DNA of 32,000 nt from an uncultured Candidatus Saccharibacteria bacterium (GTDB lineage Bacteria > Patescibacteriota > UBA1384 > XYA2-FULL-43-10 > 1-14-0-10-43-13), in NCBI GenBank assembly GCA_964543385.1, contig CAZIYE010000003.1, positions 1 to 32,000 on the forward strand, given 5' to 3'. The translations under genes and the position numbers were made by a program. The notes below the pieces were generated by a model that was not told where the DNA came from, ran no database searches, and was given only the letters and a program-made list of their open reading frames with translations. Positions within the stretch are counted from its first letter, which is position 1, and every line of letters starts with the position of its first letter. Positions 19,764-28,849 of the stretch are shown here, in pieces.

Positions 19764-21112
19764 GAGACCTCCAAATCGATGAGTTTAGTTTTGCCTTCAT
19801 TTTCCGGATCAGGCACACGCATCAAGATTAGACCGTCGCCTGGTTTGCGATTTTTGGAGATTTGGGATCTGACCTCATCTGGCGTTTTTTCTAAATCATT
19901 TATGATTATAACACCGCCGGTGACACCTTCGCCAAGCTCTCCCTTGGGCAGGTCATTGCATATCAACAGACCCTTTTTCATGCCCGATAATTCAGCAGCA
20001 TCTATTATTCTTGGAGTGTTTAGAATTCCTATATTTGCACGCTCACCGTAATTATTAGTATCTTTTGTTTTAAATTCTTGAAGACTACTGCTGTCAAAAA
20101 TGAAATCAATCGCCATTTTTGTTGTATTCGCCCTGTAGTAGTGGTTGACCTCGGGATTGTAATAAATCGTACAATATGAATATTTATTATTGCCAAGATC
20201 TCTTCTACTCTCCAGCCCATCTATATAATCTTTGCTTACCAGTGTAACTGCATCGGAATTGGGTGATGATGGCGAAGTTGCTGACTCTGCGATGATTACA
20301 ACTTTATATGTCGAGCCGCCAGTATCTCCAAAACTTTTAACATCACCAGTGACATAGATTACTCCATCGGGAGCGAACATTCCCAGTTCATTACCACAAT
20401 TACCAAGTTTCAAAACGCCGCCCCGCATATATTCACCGGCATAATCGCCAGCCTCACTTGCCTCGATCTGACCGCCTGACATCAACATGCCCAGCTGATT
20501 GCCAGTCTTGTTGACTGATATCTTGCCTTTCTGAAGCCCAATACCGAAGTAGTTCTCGAGATATGGGGGGAGTTCTTCACATCTTAATTCTGTGTCTGCC
20601 TCCATCGACTGATTGATCGTTTTGGACAGCAAAAGATTGGAATAAAATTTATTGTTGAAGATTTCCTGCATCGATTCAAGATCGTAACCAGTAAATTCTT
20701 CCTGGATAAGCAGCTCATTAATCTGGACTTCTTGTTCTAGAAGCATTTTTTGGATTTTTTTGCTGCCGATTACTCTTTTTATCAATATTTCAAAAACTTT
20801 TTGATTTATGCCATCCGGCAAGTTAATATTTGGGACAAGCTCGTAAATCTTTTCGAAATTATCCTGATCGTTTAGATAGAAATCAGTTCCTTGTTCGACA
20901 ACTATTTCCTTTGCTTGCGCAAATAACGGTTCCCAACTTTTAGGGTCATAAACTTCAGGAATAATGTCACAAAAAGGCGACTCGATAGCCTTGATGATCT
21001 CCTGCTTCTGTTGCAGAGCAGCTTTTGCATCTTTGGCTTCCATAAAACCATTCAGTAGCGATAATTTCTGAGATATTTGGACAATTTCTTTTGTGGCATA
21101 TTCGCAATTCAT
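19760..21112 (-). CDS. Array member: MNCEYATK module plus GXGXG-type beta-helix body
   Basis: MNCEYATKEIVQISQKLSLL...AALQQKQEIIKAIE; GNQLGMLMSGGQIEASEAGDYAGEYMRGGVLKLGNCGN; tail EGKTKLIDLEVS. Confidence 0.88.
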   Translation of the reverse strand: MNCEYATKEIVQISQKLSLLNGFMEAKDAKAALQQKQEIIKAIESPFCDIIPEVYDPKSWEPLFAQAKEIVVEQGTDFYLNDQDNFEKIYELVPNINLPDGINQKVFEILIKRVIGSKKIQKMLLEQEVQINELLIQEEFTGYDLESMQEIFNNKFYSNLLLSKTINQSMEADTELRCEELPPYLENYFGIGLQKGKISVNKTGNQLGMLMSGGQIEASEAGDYAGEYMRGGVLKLGNCGNELGMFAPDGVIYVTGDVKSFGDTGGSTYKVVIIAESATSPSSPNSDAVTLVSKDYIDGLESRRDLGNNKYSYCTIYYNPEVNHYYRANTTKMAIDFIFDSSSLQEFKTKDTNNYGERANIGILNTPRIIDAAELSGMKKGLLICNDLPKGELGEGVTGGVIIINDLEKTPDEVRSQISKNRKPGDGLILMRVPDPENEGKTKLIDLEVS

Positions 21113-22380
21113 TTATTTCCCCCAAATTCAACAGGCTTGCCCCAATGATCTAGATAAATCCATTGATCAGATGATTCGGTCGTTTTGCAACGGATCAAGC
21201 CATCTTTAAAACTAACAGGAATATCGTTAGATTTATCAACACCGAGGAGGCGGATAATTTTACCTTTGTTTCGTAAATATTTTCCACGCTTGTTAATCAA
21301 ATAATATCCCTCTTCGTCTTTTTTCTTGATTACTGCAATCCCTTCGGAAAAGTCAGAAGCTACCTCAAAGTAAGTACAGGAGCTGTATCTCTCTGCTGAC
21401 TCGTCAGTAAGGTTGTAATTTTTTGGACTGATATAATAGCTGCTATTTTTACCGCTGACTCTGGACCAGCCATCGTGAAATTCTGATGGAGTCTTTTCTT
21501 CGTATTCATCCTTCAGTTCAATAGGATGGAATTTTCCAAGCAAGTTGTCAGCCAGATATTTGCGAGGCTTGCCGTCAGACCCGATAAGTTCCCAATATTT
21601 TCTCGAATAAGTCATGCCATAATTTTCAAGCTGGCGTTTTCTGTAAATCCAGGCCAGACCTTCAGAGAAATCTGTTGCCTTTTCGAACTCTGATTGACCG
21701 TTTTCGGTAACCAATGATTCACCTGTTTCGGTGCAAAATCCATAAGTTTGTTCAACTTTGCCAAACCCACCGTTCTTAGTTTGTTGAAAACGAACAATGC
21801 CATCATCAGAAAAATTGGAAAATCTCTTTTTCTGCCCGGCAAATGTTTCCACCGGCTGACCATCCTTATCAATGATCTTTGAGATCATACCATCGGGAAT
21901 TGCAGTCATACCAAGATGAAATCGGTATTGCCTTGGATCATCGTCGGCCGATGTAAGCTTTCTCAAAATCACCGTGCCATCAGTTCTTAAAAATGTAATT
22001 TTTCCTAATCTATTTACGGCTGCAACTCCTTCAGAAAACCGATCGGCCTTACCTGGATCAATTACTAGGATACGACCATCAGTCATATCGGGATCTTTAA
22101 TGAAATTCCCTTCCTAATCGACATAAACATCGCAGACTTTTCGCCTTGCTAGCGCACAGCCGTCATAAAAATCACCAACATAGTCTAGTTCAAGCTTTTT
22201 CGACAGCCCCTGTCGCAGTTTGAGGTTGTATGGATATATGTTTTCAATCTCGACGATTGTATTCTGAATTTCCGAAATCAAAAACTGCGCCTTGTCGATA
22301 TTACCAGGCCGAGGATCAAGCAATATATCCTTTTGGCTAGATATTGACTGAATAAATTTTGTGACTTCTTGGCAATTCAT
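21109..22380 (-). CDS. Array member: MNCQEVTK module plus WG-repeat body, interrupted by one in-frame TAG (ORFs 22114..22380 and 21109..22086 are in the same frame)
   Basis: Continuous reading ...ALARRKVCDVYVD[TAG]EGNFIKDPDMTDGRILVIDPGKADRFSEGVAAV...; TAG sits inside what would be the first WG unit (compare WLLVDRNGNLITP, WFLIDETGDLIS). Confidence 0.8.
22114..22116 (-). other. In-frame amber (TAG) codon
   Basis: Plus strand reads CTA at 22114-22116; only stop between 22380 and 21109 in this frame. Confidence 0.85.
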
Positions 22381-22384
22381 AGAT

Positions 22385-23821
22385 CTATTTTACCTCAATT
22401 AGCTTGGTTTTGCTTGAGGTTGCCCGATTATTTTCAGCTGGAACAGGTACACGCATCAAAACAACACCGGTAATCTTGCGATCCATTTTCACTCTTTTTT
22501 GCGCTTCTTCATAAGTTAAGTTTGGTGCTTCCAGAATCACAACACCGCCATCCATTTGGCTACAGAAATCACCATCAGGAATTGCTCGTAAGACCATGAT
22601 GCCATCTTTTAGTCCTTTAGTTGGGTCACCAGAAATATTTGAGAGATCATCGATGACACAGAGGCCACGTTCTTTTTTCTTCCAATTTAGTAATTCATCT
22701 TCACTAGAAATAATTGGCGGATCTTCGTTTTCCAAATAATCGTAATATCCACGATTTTCGTCATAGCCATAAACCGGTTTTGTGAATTTATCCTTAGTCT
22801 TCTCGGCCGGATCGGTAGTATCCTCCCTGGGCTGATTTATCAGGACTGTATAGTCAGGATCAGCAATGAGACGGGGGTGCATTGAACGTGTAAATATGAT
22901 CGCTCCACCAGTTTTATTGTATGGTAAATGATAATAATAATCACCGATTATAAAAATCGCTCTGCCCGAACCGTTGGCCATATCTCCGCCAGTGCTTCCG
23001 GCCGTAAAGACTCCGCCGGAAGCACACCAACCAAATTTCTCACCGGCTCCTCTTGTATAGATACGGCCTCCTCGCATCAACATGCCAGTAACTTCGCCAA
23101 TACTGTCAGCGTGGATCTCACCCCCCGACATTTGCATTGCCGTCATATTACCAATATTTTCTGCTTGAATTTGTCCTCCAGACATATATTTTGCGCAAAA
23201 ATTCCCTATGGATTCAGCCCTAAAAATACCCTTGCCCATATTGAGACCTGTATAATCGCACTTGTTTCGCCCCGAGTAACTGCTTTTCACTTCTACATCT
23301 GAATTTGATTTGATCAAAGTATTTATAACCGCCGCTTTTATTGCGTCGATCAGCTCGTCTGTTTTGCTTTTTCGATCCTTCTCATCTTCAATATTTTCAA
23401 ATAGCTTCCTCAATAAAACCTTATATTCGGAGTCATCTGCCGGATTTCCCAGCTTGTCATAAAACTGATGGATTTCTGATTTGCTGGCTTTTATCGGTAG
23501 CGGGGTAAATAATGCTTGAACCAAAGCATAGTAGGCGGAATTGTCAGTATCAGTTATCTGTTCTTTTATTTGTGGCATCTTCAAAAGCTCAATCAAGGTT
23601 CTGCCGAATTGAGGATCATTTATCCTGTCCTCGACAGCAGAAAGAGAGAAGTTTTCTCGGATAAATTCTTTGACAATGCCCTCTAAATATTCTTTGTCTT
23701 GAAATAAATCCTTGATCTGACCCTTGCCAGGCACAGCCGTCTCCAAATCACGACAAAATTTATCGCCAGTCCTGGCAATATTTGTCATATCTAAAGTAAT
23801 TGCCTCACAAAATGAATTCAC
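22385..23821 (-). CDS. Array member: C-x3-T module plus GXGXG-type beta-helix body (GTG start)
   Basis: MNSFCEAITLDMTNIARTGDKFCRDLE; NFCAKYMSGGQIQAENIGNMTAMQMSGGEIHADSIGEVTGMLMRGG; tail KTKLIEVK. Confidence 0.87.
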   Translation of the reverse strand: MNSFCEAITLDMTNIARTGDKFCRDLETAVPGKGQIKDLFQDKEYLEGIVKEFIRENFSLSAVEDRINDPQFGRTLIELLKMPQIKEQITDTDNSAYYALVQALFTPLPIKASKSEIHQFYDKLGNPADDSEYKVLLRKLFENIEDEKDRKSKTDELIDAIKAAVINTLIKSNSDVEVKSSYSGRNKCDYTGLNMGKGIFRAESIGNFCAKYMSGGQIQAENIGNMTAMQMSGGEIHADSIGEVTGMLMRGGRIYTRGAGEKFGWCASGGVFTAGSTGGDMANGSGRAIFIIGDYYYHLPYNKTGGAIIFTRSMHPRLIADPDYTVLINQPREDTTDPAEKTKDKFTKPVYGYDENRGYYDYLENEDPPIISSEDELLNWKKKERGLCVIDDLSNISGDPTKGLKDGIMVLRAIPDGDFCSQMDGGVVILEAPNLTYEEAQKRVKMDRKITGVVLMRVPVPAENNRATSSKTKLIEVK

Positions 23822-23846
23822 ACTGTCCCTCCGTATATTTGTATCT

Positions 23847-25262
23847 TTATTTTACCTCAATAAGTTTTGTTTTGCCGTCTATTTCCCCGTCTGTAATTCT
23901 CATAAGAACCACTCCTGTAATTTTTCGATCCATCTTAACAATTTCTTGCGCTTTTTTATAGGTCAGGAATGGCACTTCCAAAATCACAACGCCGCCCTCC
24001 ATTTGAGCGCAGATCTCGCCGTCAGGGATAGCTCGCAAGACCATTATCCCATCTTTGAGTCCTGCTGTCGGATCCCCAGAAATGTTTAAAAGCTCATCGA
24101 TGAGGCAGAGACCGATTTTCTTTTCCTTCCACTCTGCCAGTTCCTGATCGTTTTTGGGAGAAAATATCTCATTGCCATGCAGGTGTTCAATGTATTGCCC
24201 TTTTTCATCGTCATAACCGAAGATTTCCCCCTTCGTTTTTAACTCTTTTATCTGTTCCTTGCCAGAAATATTGAGACGGTTCACCAGTGCTGTGTACTTA
24301 ATATCTGGCTCCAAGATATTGGCCACAGTAGTTTCGTTTGCAATAAAAACGCCCGATCTTTTCATCATCGGCAAGTCAAAAGCATGTCCAATGATAAAAA
24401 TTGAATCGCTCGAGGAATTTCCTGCCGGATGATTAGCATAATCAGCAAAAAACACTCCGCCGCCGGCTATCCAGCCAAATTTTTCTCCGACTGATCTAGC
24501 ATAAATACGACCACCGTCCATCATCATGCCGGCACCATCGCCAATATTTTCACAATGAATTTCGCCGTCTTTCATAAATTGGGCGGCCATATTTCCCACA
24601 GATTCTGCCTCGATCCGGCCACCCTTCATCGCATAGCCACAATGATCGCCGATGCTTGGCATTTTGATCAATCCTCTGGTCATATTAAAGCCAATGTAAT
24701 CGCTCTTTTTTGTAGTTGATCCCTTATCTCCAATCTCAAGACGACCCTGGCTTTCCAGTACTCGATGGATTAGGGCAGTTTTCAAAGAATCAATCAACTT
24801 CTTGATCTTGCTCTCATCACTCTTCCCCTCAACCTCGGGATATGCCAAAGCGACTACCTCCCGCAGCTTTTCATCCCATCTCATTCTCTTATAAAAATCA
24901 TCCAATTCGTCAGCACTGTCGCTCTGAAGTAAGATTGGATATCTGGCAAAGACAAATTTGACCAAACTGTAAAGATTGACTTCATCTTTCTCAATATTTC
25001 GGATCACTTCTTCCTCCTTGAGCAGTTCGCCAAAGAGCCGCCAGTTGTCCGGATTTTCGATTCTCTCCAGATAGCCATTGACTGAAAACTTATTTTTCAT
25101 ATATTCCGCCAAGTGCTCTTGAAAGAATTTTTGCATTTCCATGAGCTCAGCGACCTTGCCCTCGCCGGGCTTGGCAGCTCGTAAATCATCACAAAAATAC
25201 TGACCGGCTTCTGCGATCGTAAGTAAATCATTTGTCAGTTCTTCACACAAAGAATCAAACAC
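23847..25262 (-). CDS. Array member: C-x3-T module plus GXGXG-type beta-helix body (GTG start), close paralog of 22385..23821
   Basis: MFDSLCEELTNDLLTIAEAGQYFCDDLR; GYAMKGGRIEAESVGNMAAQFMKDGEIHCENIGDGAGMMMDGG; tail GKTKLIEVK; GTG preceded by GGAGGG. Confidence 0.87.
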   Translation of the reverse strand: MFDSLCEELTNDLLTIAEAGQYFCDDLRAAKPGEGKVAELMEMQKFFQEHLAEYMKNKFSVNGYLERIENPDNWRLFGELLKEEEVIRNIEKDEVNLYSLVKFVFARYPILLQSDSADELDDFYKRMRWDEKLREVVALAYPEVEGKSDESKIKKLIDSLKTALIHRVLESQGRLEIGDKGSTTKKSDYIGFNMTRGLIKMPSIGDHCGYAMKGGRIEAESVGNMAAQFMKDGEIHCENIGDGAGMMMDGGRIYARSVGEKFGWIAGGGVFFADYANHPAGNSSSDSIFIIGHAFDLPMMKRSGVFIANETTVANILEPDIKYTALVNRLNISGKEQIKELKTKGEIFGYDDEKGQYIEHLHGNEIFSPKNDQELAEWKEKKIGLCLIDELLNISGDPTAGLKDGIMVLRAIPDGEICAQMEGGVVILEVPFLTYKKAQEIVKMDRKITGVVLMRITDGEIDGKTKLIEVK

Positions 25263-25278
25263 TCACCCTCCAAAATAT

Positions 25279-26637
25279 TTATGAGAAAACCCGTCTGCCT
25301 TTTTTATCGATATAGAACATATTATTATGGCCGTCGCTTAGAATTTTTCCGACCAAGGCAACACCGTCTTTAAACGGCTGTGCTGTTGTTATTCTCTCGT
25401 CAGATTCAATAATGCTTCCGTCTAATGTGATCAACTCCTGCTCACGTACGGTTGTTTGCAGTGCTCTCCCGTCTGATGTCGTGAAATTAAATTGTTCGCT
25501 AGGGCCACTAACAAATCCTAAACCTTCAGAAAAATCATGTATCACAAATCGCTCTCCTTCTCTCTCCAAGAGTATTTTTCCTGTAATGTCGACTAGGTGG
25601 TAGGAGCATATCTGTGGAGGCCCATTACTAATAGTCTTCTCAAAAAGTAGTAAGCCATCCTTTATTTTGCTATGAATAGGATTTATTTTTCCAAGAGACT
25701 CCGTCTGAAATTCACGAATAATTTTCCCATGAATATCAATAAGAAGGGTTTTCCCGTCCGCTGTTTGCACAAAAGCACGATCTTGGTAAAAATCAGTGGC
25801 ACTCTCGAATCCTTGACCAAGTACACCTTCATTAAGATTTTCGCCTTTTTGATTTATAAAGTACCAAGAATTATTCGATCTATTTTTTCCAAATCGATCG
25901 CAAACTTTAGCAATACCGGTGTTTAGGTCACCCATACCATCTTCGAAGAATTTACTCGGATCTTTTGGTATCCTTTCCCCACTCGGAGCAACATGCCAAG
26001 CGCCAAAATCCGGCGTATGCAGCCCCAGATACCCAGAACCGCTCCAACGATCATCCATAATTCTCCCTATATCGATCGTCCTAATCTCATTTCCTTTGTA
26101 ATCAATCAGATGATATTTTTGTTTCTCCTCTTGCCCATGATAGCGAACAAGCGCCTGGCCAAATTTATATGAATTAGCTTCTCTATAATTTTTATCGTCA
26201 ATTCTTTTTCCATCAACATCGATATAATAATGTCCTTTTTGACCGCCAGAGGCTTCAATTGAAACCAACGCCAATCCTTCAGAGAAGTCCGAAATTTTGC
26301 ATTTCTTGTCATTATCTTCAGAGAAAATGACCTCTCCTTTTTTATTAATCAAAATCTCGGGAGATTCTAGGCCTTCCAGTTTAAAAACGGCTTTTGCTAG
26401 TCCATATTCATTGAACTTTCCGACAAAAGAATAACCTTTTTCTTTGGCGATTCTATCTCGTAGCTCAACTTGGTCGCTGTCTAAAAATTCTAGAAGCTCT
26501 GCAATTTCCGATCTTATCTGTCTTTTTGTTTCCAAAGCAAGATTGAGCGGATTATTTTCGGTGACAACTAAACCAGGCGCGGTTCGAGCGACTTTTTTTA
26601 TAAGATTCGTATAGTTTTCACAAGTTGGTGTAAACAT
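25279..26637 (-). CDS. Array member: C-x3-T module plus WG-repeat body (tandem paralog A)
   Basis: MFTPTCENYTNLIKKVARTAPGLVVTENNP...LDSDQVELRDRIAKEKGYSFVGKFNEYGLAKA; ends YIDKKGRRVFS. ORF track start at 26640 is a TTG; ATG at 26637 matches the paralog start. Confidence 0.9.
   Translation of the reverse strand: MFTPTCENYTNLIKKVARTAPGLVVTENNPLNLALETKRQIRSEIAELLEFLDSDQVELRDRIAKEKGYSFVGKFNEYGLAKAVFKLEGLESPEILINKKGEVIFSEDNDKKCKISDFSEGLALVSIEASGGQKGHYYIDVDGKRIDDKNYREANSYKFGQALVRYHGQEEKQKYHLIDYKGNEIRTIDIGRIMDDRWSGSGYLGLHTPDFGAWHVAPSGERIPKDPSKFFEDGMGDLNTGIAKVCDRFGKNRSNNSWYFINQKGENLNEGVLGQGFESATDFYQDRAFVQTADGKTLLIDIHGKIIREFQTESLGKINPIHSKIKDGLLLFEKTISNGPPQICSYHLVDITGKILLEREGERFVIHDFSEGLGFVSGPSEQFNFTTSDGRALQTTVREQELITLDGSIIESDERITTAQPFKDGVALVGKILSDGHNNMFYIDKKGRRVFS
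26554..26637 (-). repeat. 84-bp near-identical direct repeat, copy 1 (5' coding end of paralog A)
   Basis: Same as 27876..27959 with one visible mismatch (gattCgt / gattTgt on the plus strand). Confidence 0.85.
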
Positions 26638-27959
26638 CAACTAAATACCCTTCTACCTTTTTTATCGATATAGACTGGATGACTAACTCGAAATCCATTC
26701 TTATCTCTTTCTACTGGATCATCATACGTGAATTTGGCTACGCCATTTTTGAAACCTATTTCCAATCGAGTCACAGGCTCTTCAATTTCTGCGAAATTAC
26801 CATAGGTATCAACAAGATAATTTTTGCCCTCATGGGCCATGAAACTCAATCCCTCATGAAAAGGAGAGAAAACTTGTTGGTATTCTCCCTGGATTAGGAC
26901 ATTTCCGTTTAAATCCATGACTGTTCTGCCCTGCGTTGCAAGATTGCCATTTCGGTTGATGAAAGTAATTATCCCTTCGGAATAGGTGTGGCTTGCCTGT
27001 ACAACCGAGCCGAGCTCTGACCTGTGACCTACCTCTTTAATTTTATCGCCTTTTGAATTGATAATCAAAATGTGCCCTTGGACGGTTTCGATAAAGGCCC
27101 TGTCATTATAAAAATTTGAAATAGCACGAAAATTCAATGATAATACCCCTTCATCAAGACGTTTACCGTTTTGGTCAATATAATACCAAGTTTGCCGTTC
27201 ATGATCCGTAACACGTCCGTCCTGGCCCTTACCCAATCGATCACAGACCTTTGCGATACCGTTGTTTAGGTCGCCAGCACCATCCTCAAAATATTTGCTG
27301 GGGTCACTCGGAATTCTTTCGCCATTCGGCGAAATATACCATATCCCAGAACCGCTCTGGTGAACTTTCAAATATCCAGCGTCAGAACCTTCGAAATAGG
27401 CTGCCTCTGGAAGTTCGAATTCCCTGATTTGATTTCCCAATAAATCAATTATGGCATGGTTTTTCTTATTTGTTTCCCCGCGATATCTAACAACTGCTTG
27501 GCCAAATTTATATGGGTGAGCTTCTTGATAAACTTTACCATTTAACCGTTGTCCATCTTCTTTGATATAATAGCTACCATTGGTTGATTCAATAATGGCG
27601 ATTCCGTCAAAGAATTCTTTTATCAAGAAACTGTCTTGTTCACTTGGTAATATCTTTTCCCCACGCGCATTGATCAATACAGATGCCGCCTTAAAATTAG
27701 TATCTAACCTGGCTATCGCTAACCCATGCTTATTGAACTTATCTACAAATTTATAGCCTTTTTCTTTTGCGATCCGATCCCGTAATTCAATCTGATCACC
27801 ATTCATGAATTCAAGACATTGGGCAAGTTCATTTTGTACTTGCTTTTTTGTTTCTATTGCTGATTTGATTGGATGATTTTCGGTGACAACTAAACCAGGC
27901 GCGGTTCGAGCGACTTTTTTTATAAGATTTGTATAGTTTTCACAAGTTGGTGTAAACAT
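26637..27959 (-). CDS. Array member: C-x3-T module plus WG-repeat body (tandem paralog B)
   Basis: MFTPTCENYTNLIKKVARTAPGLVVTENHP...MNGDQIELRDRIAKEKGYKFVDKFNKHGLAIA; ends YIDKKGRRVFS. Confidence 0.9.
   Translation of the reverse strand: MFTPTCENYTNLIKKVARTAPGLVVTENHPIKSAIETKKQVQNELAQCLEFMNGDQIELRDRIAKEKGYKFVDKFNKHGLAIARLDTNFKAASVLINARGEKILPSEQDSFLIKEFFDGIAIIESTNGSYYIKEDGQRLNGKVYQEAHPYKFGQAVVRYRGETNKKNHAIIDLLGNQIREFELPEAAYFEGSDAGYLKVHQSGSGIWYISPNGERIPSDPSKYFEDGAGDLNNGIAKVCDRLGKGQDGRVTDHERQTWYYIDQNGKRLDEGVLSLNFRAISNFYNDRAFIETVQGHILIINSKGDKIKEVGHRSELGSVVQASHTYSEGIITFINRNGNLATQGRTVMDLNGNVLIQGEYQQVFSPFHEGLSFMAHEGKNYLVDTYGNFAEIEEPVTRLEIGFKNGVAKFTYDDPVERDKNGFRVSHPVYIDKKGRRVFS
27876..27959 (-). repeat. 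84-bp near-identical direct repeat, copy 2 (5' coding end of paralog B)
   Basis: See 26554..26637. Confidence 0.85.
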
Positions 27960-27964
27960 AATAT

Positions 27965-28849
27965 CTAAACCTCACTTCCATCGAAAAAATACCAGGCCTT
28001 TTCATGGTAAACGACAACCCCATCTGGATGTGCGCTGAAGGTTATATCCTCAGCGCCAAATTTATCCGTTAAATCAACAAGGACTTTTGTATTGTTTAAA
28101 TAAATTTTTCCGTCACGCTTAATCAAAAAGCCCCTTGGATGACCGCGCCAGCTTGCTTTTTCGCCGGAATATAGGGCTTGGCCAGTATGCAAGCGAATTT
28201 CCAGATTATTCCAGTCCGAGTAGCCAAGCAATACACCTCTTTCTGTCACATCCCAATTCGACAATTCCATTGATACATTTGATATATTACTTTTCTCAAT
28301 CGGGATTGGATTATCTCTGTCGCCATTAAGAAGAAATTCATCTGTATTTTTGTTATAAACGACACAATCGTTGCCAAAGACACGAAAATCAAATTGACCA
28401 TTGCGATCACTAGTAAAAACCCTCTTTCGGCTTGCCCTATTAAACAAATAATCGAAGTCCATATGCGCATCAGTACTTTTATAAAAGAGGCTACTCGCCG
28501 AAGAGATAACTTGGTCTCGAGGTGCCTTAGATCCAAGCCCATGCCACTGTCCAAGCGGATCGACATAACGTATGCTATCACTATCAGAGATCAATATCCC
28601 ATCTTTAAAAGACTGCCAACTACTATACCTATTATTAGATCGAGCTATAACTTCGCCATTAGTATATTTTTTCCATTCACGATAATGGCGTTCAGAAAAA
28701 TGTATCTCTAATAAATCTTCGAGCTCCTGTTTTATCTCTATCGCTTCCTCGACGATTTTGTTTATCGACAAAACATTTTTCATTTCACTATCCGTGTCTT
28801 GCAGGCCCCTCAAAACGTTTGTAAATTTTTGGCAGTCATACCCAATCAT
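27965..28849 (-). CDS. Array member: C-x3-T module plus divergent repeat body, possibly beta-propeller-like
   Basis: MIGYDCQKFTNVLRGLQDTDSEMKNVLSINKIVEEAIEIKQELEDLLEI; short beta-rich body (FGNDCVVYNKNTDEFLLNGD; FLIKRDGKIYLNNTKVLVDL; DGVVVYHEKAWYFFDGSEV). Confidence 0.7.
   Translation of the reverse strand: MIGYDCQKFTNVLRGLQDTDSEMKNVLSINKIVEEAIEIKQELEDLLEIHFSERHYREWKKYTNGEVIARSNNRYSSWQSFKDGILISDSDSIRYVDPLGQWHGLGSKAPRDQVISSASSLFYKSTDAHMDFDYLFNRASRKRVFTSDRNGQFDFRVFGNDCVVYNKNTDEFLLNGDRDNPIPIEKSNISNVSMELSNWDVTERGVLLGYSDWNNLEIRLHTGQALYSGEKASWRGHPRGFLIKRDGKIYLNNTKVLVDLTDKFGAEDITFSAHPDGVVVYHEKAWYFFDGSEV

Noticed and set aside
22114-22116. Genome-wide TAG reassignment as explanation for the internal amber
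   Set aside because: TAG is used as the normal terminator elsewhere in this window (e.g. the PLD gene at 1096-1098, the VWA gene at 7778-7780, the propeller gene at 2154-2156), so global recoding is unlikely.
23724-24089. Long plus-strand ORFs opposite the array (e.g. 23724..24089, 22928..23302, 28394..28711, 19650..20051, 7462..7842, 15780..16139)
   Set aside because: They lie antisense to well-supported minus-strand genes with clear repeat/motif content; their translations are low-complexity or motif-free, as expected from antisense shadow ORFs.
26554-27959. Mobile element or IS explaining the 84-bp repeat
   Set aside because: No transposase, no terminal inverted repeats; the repeats are the in-frame starts of two paralogous genes.
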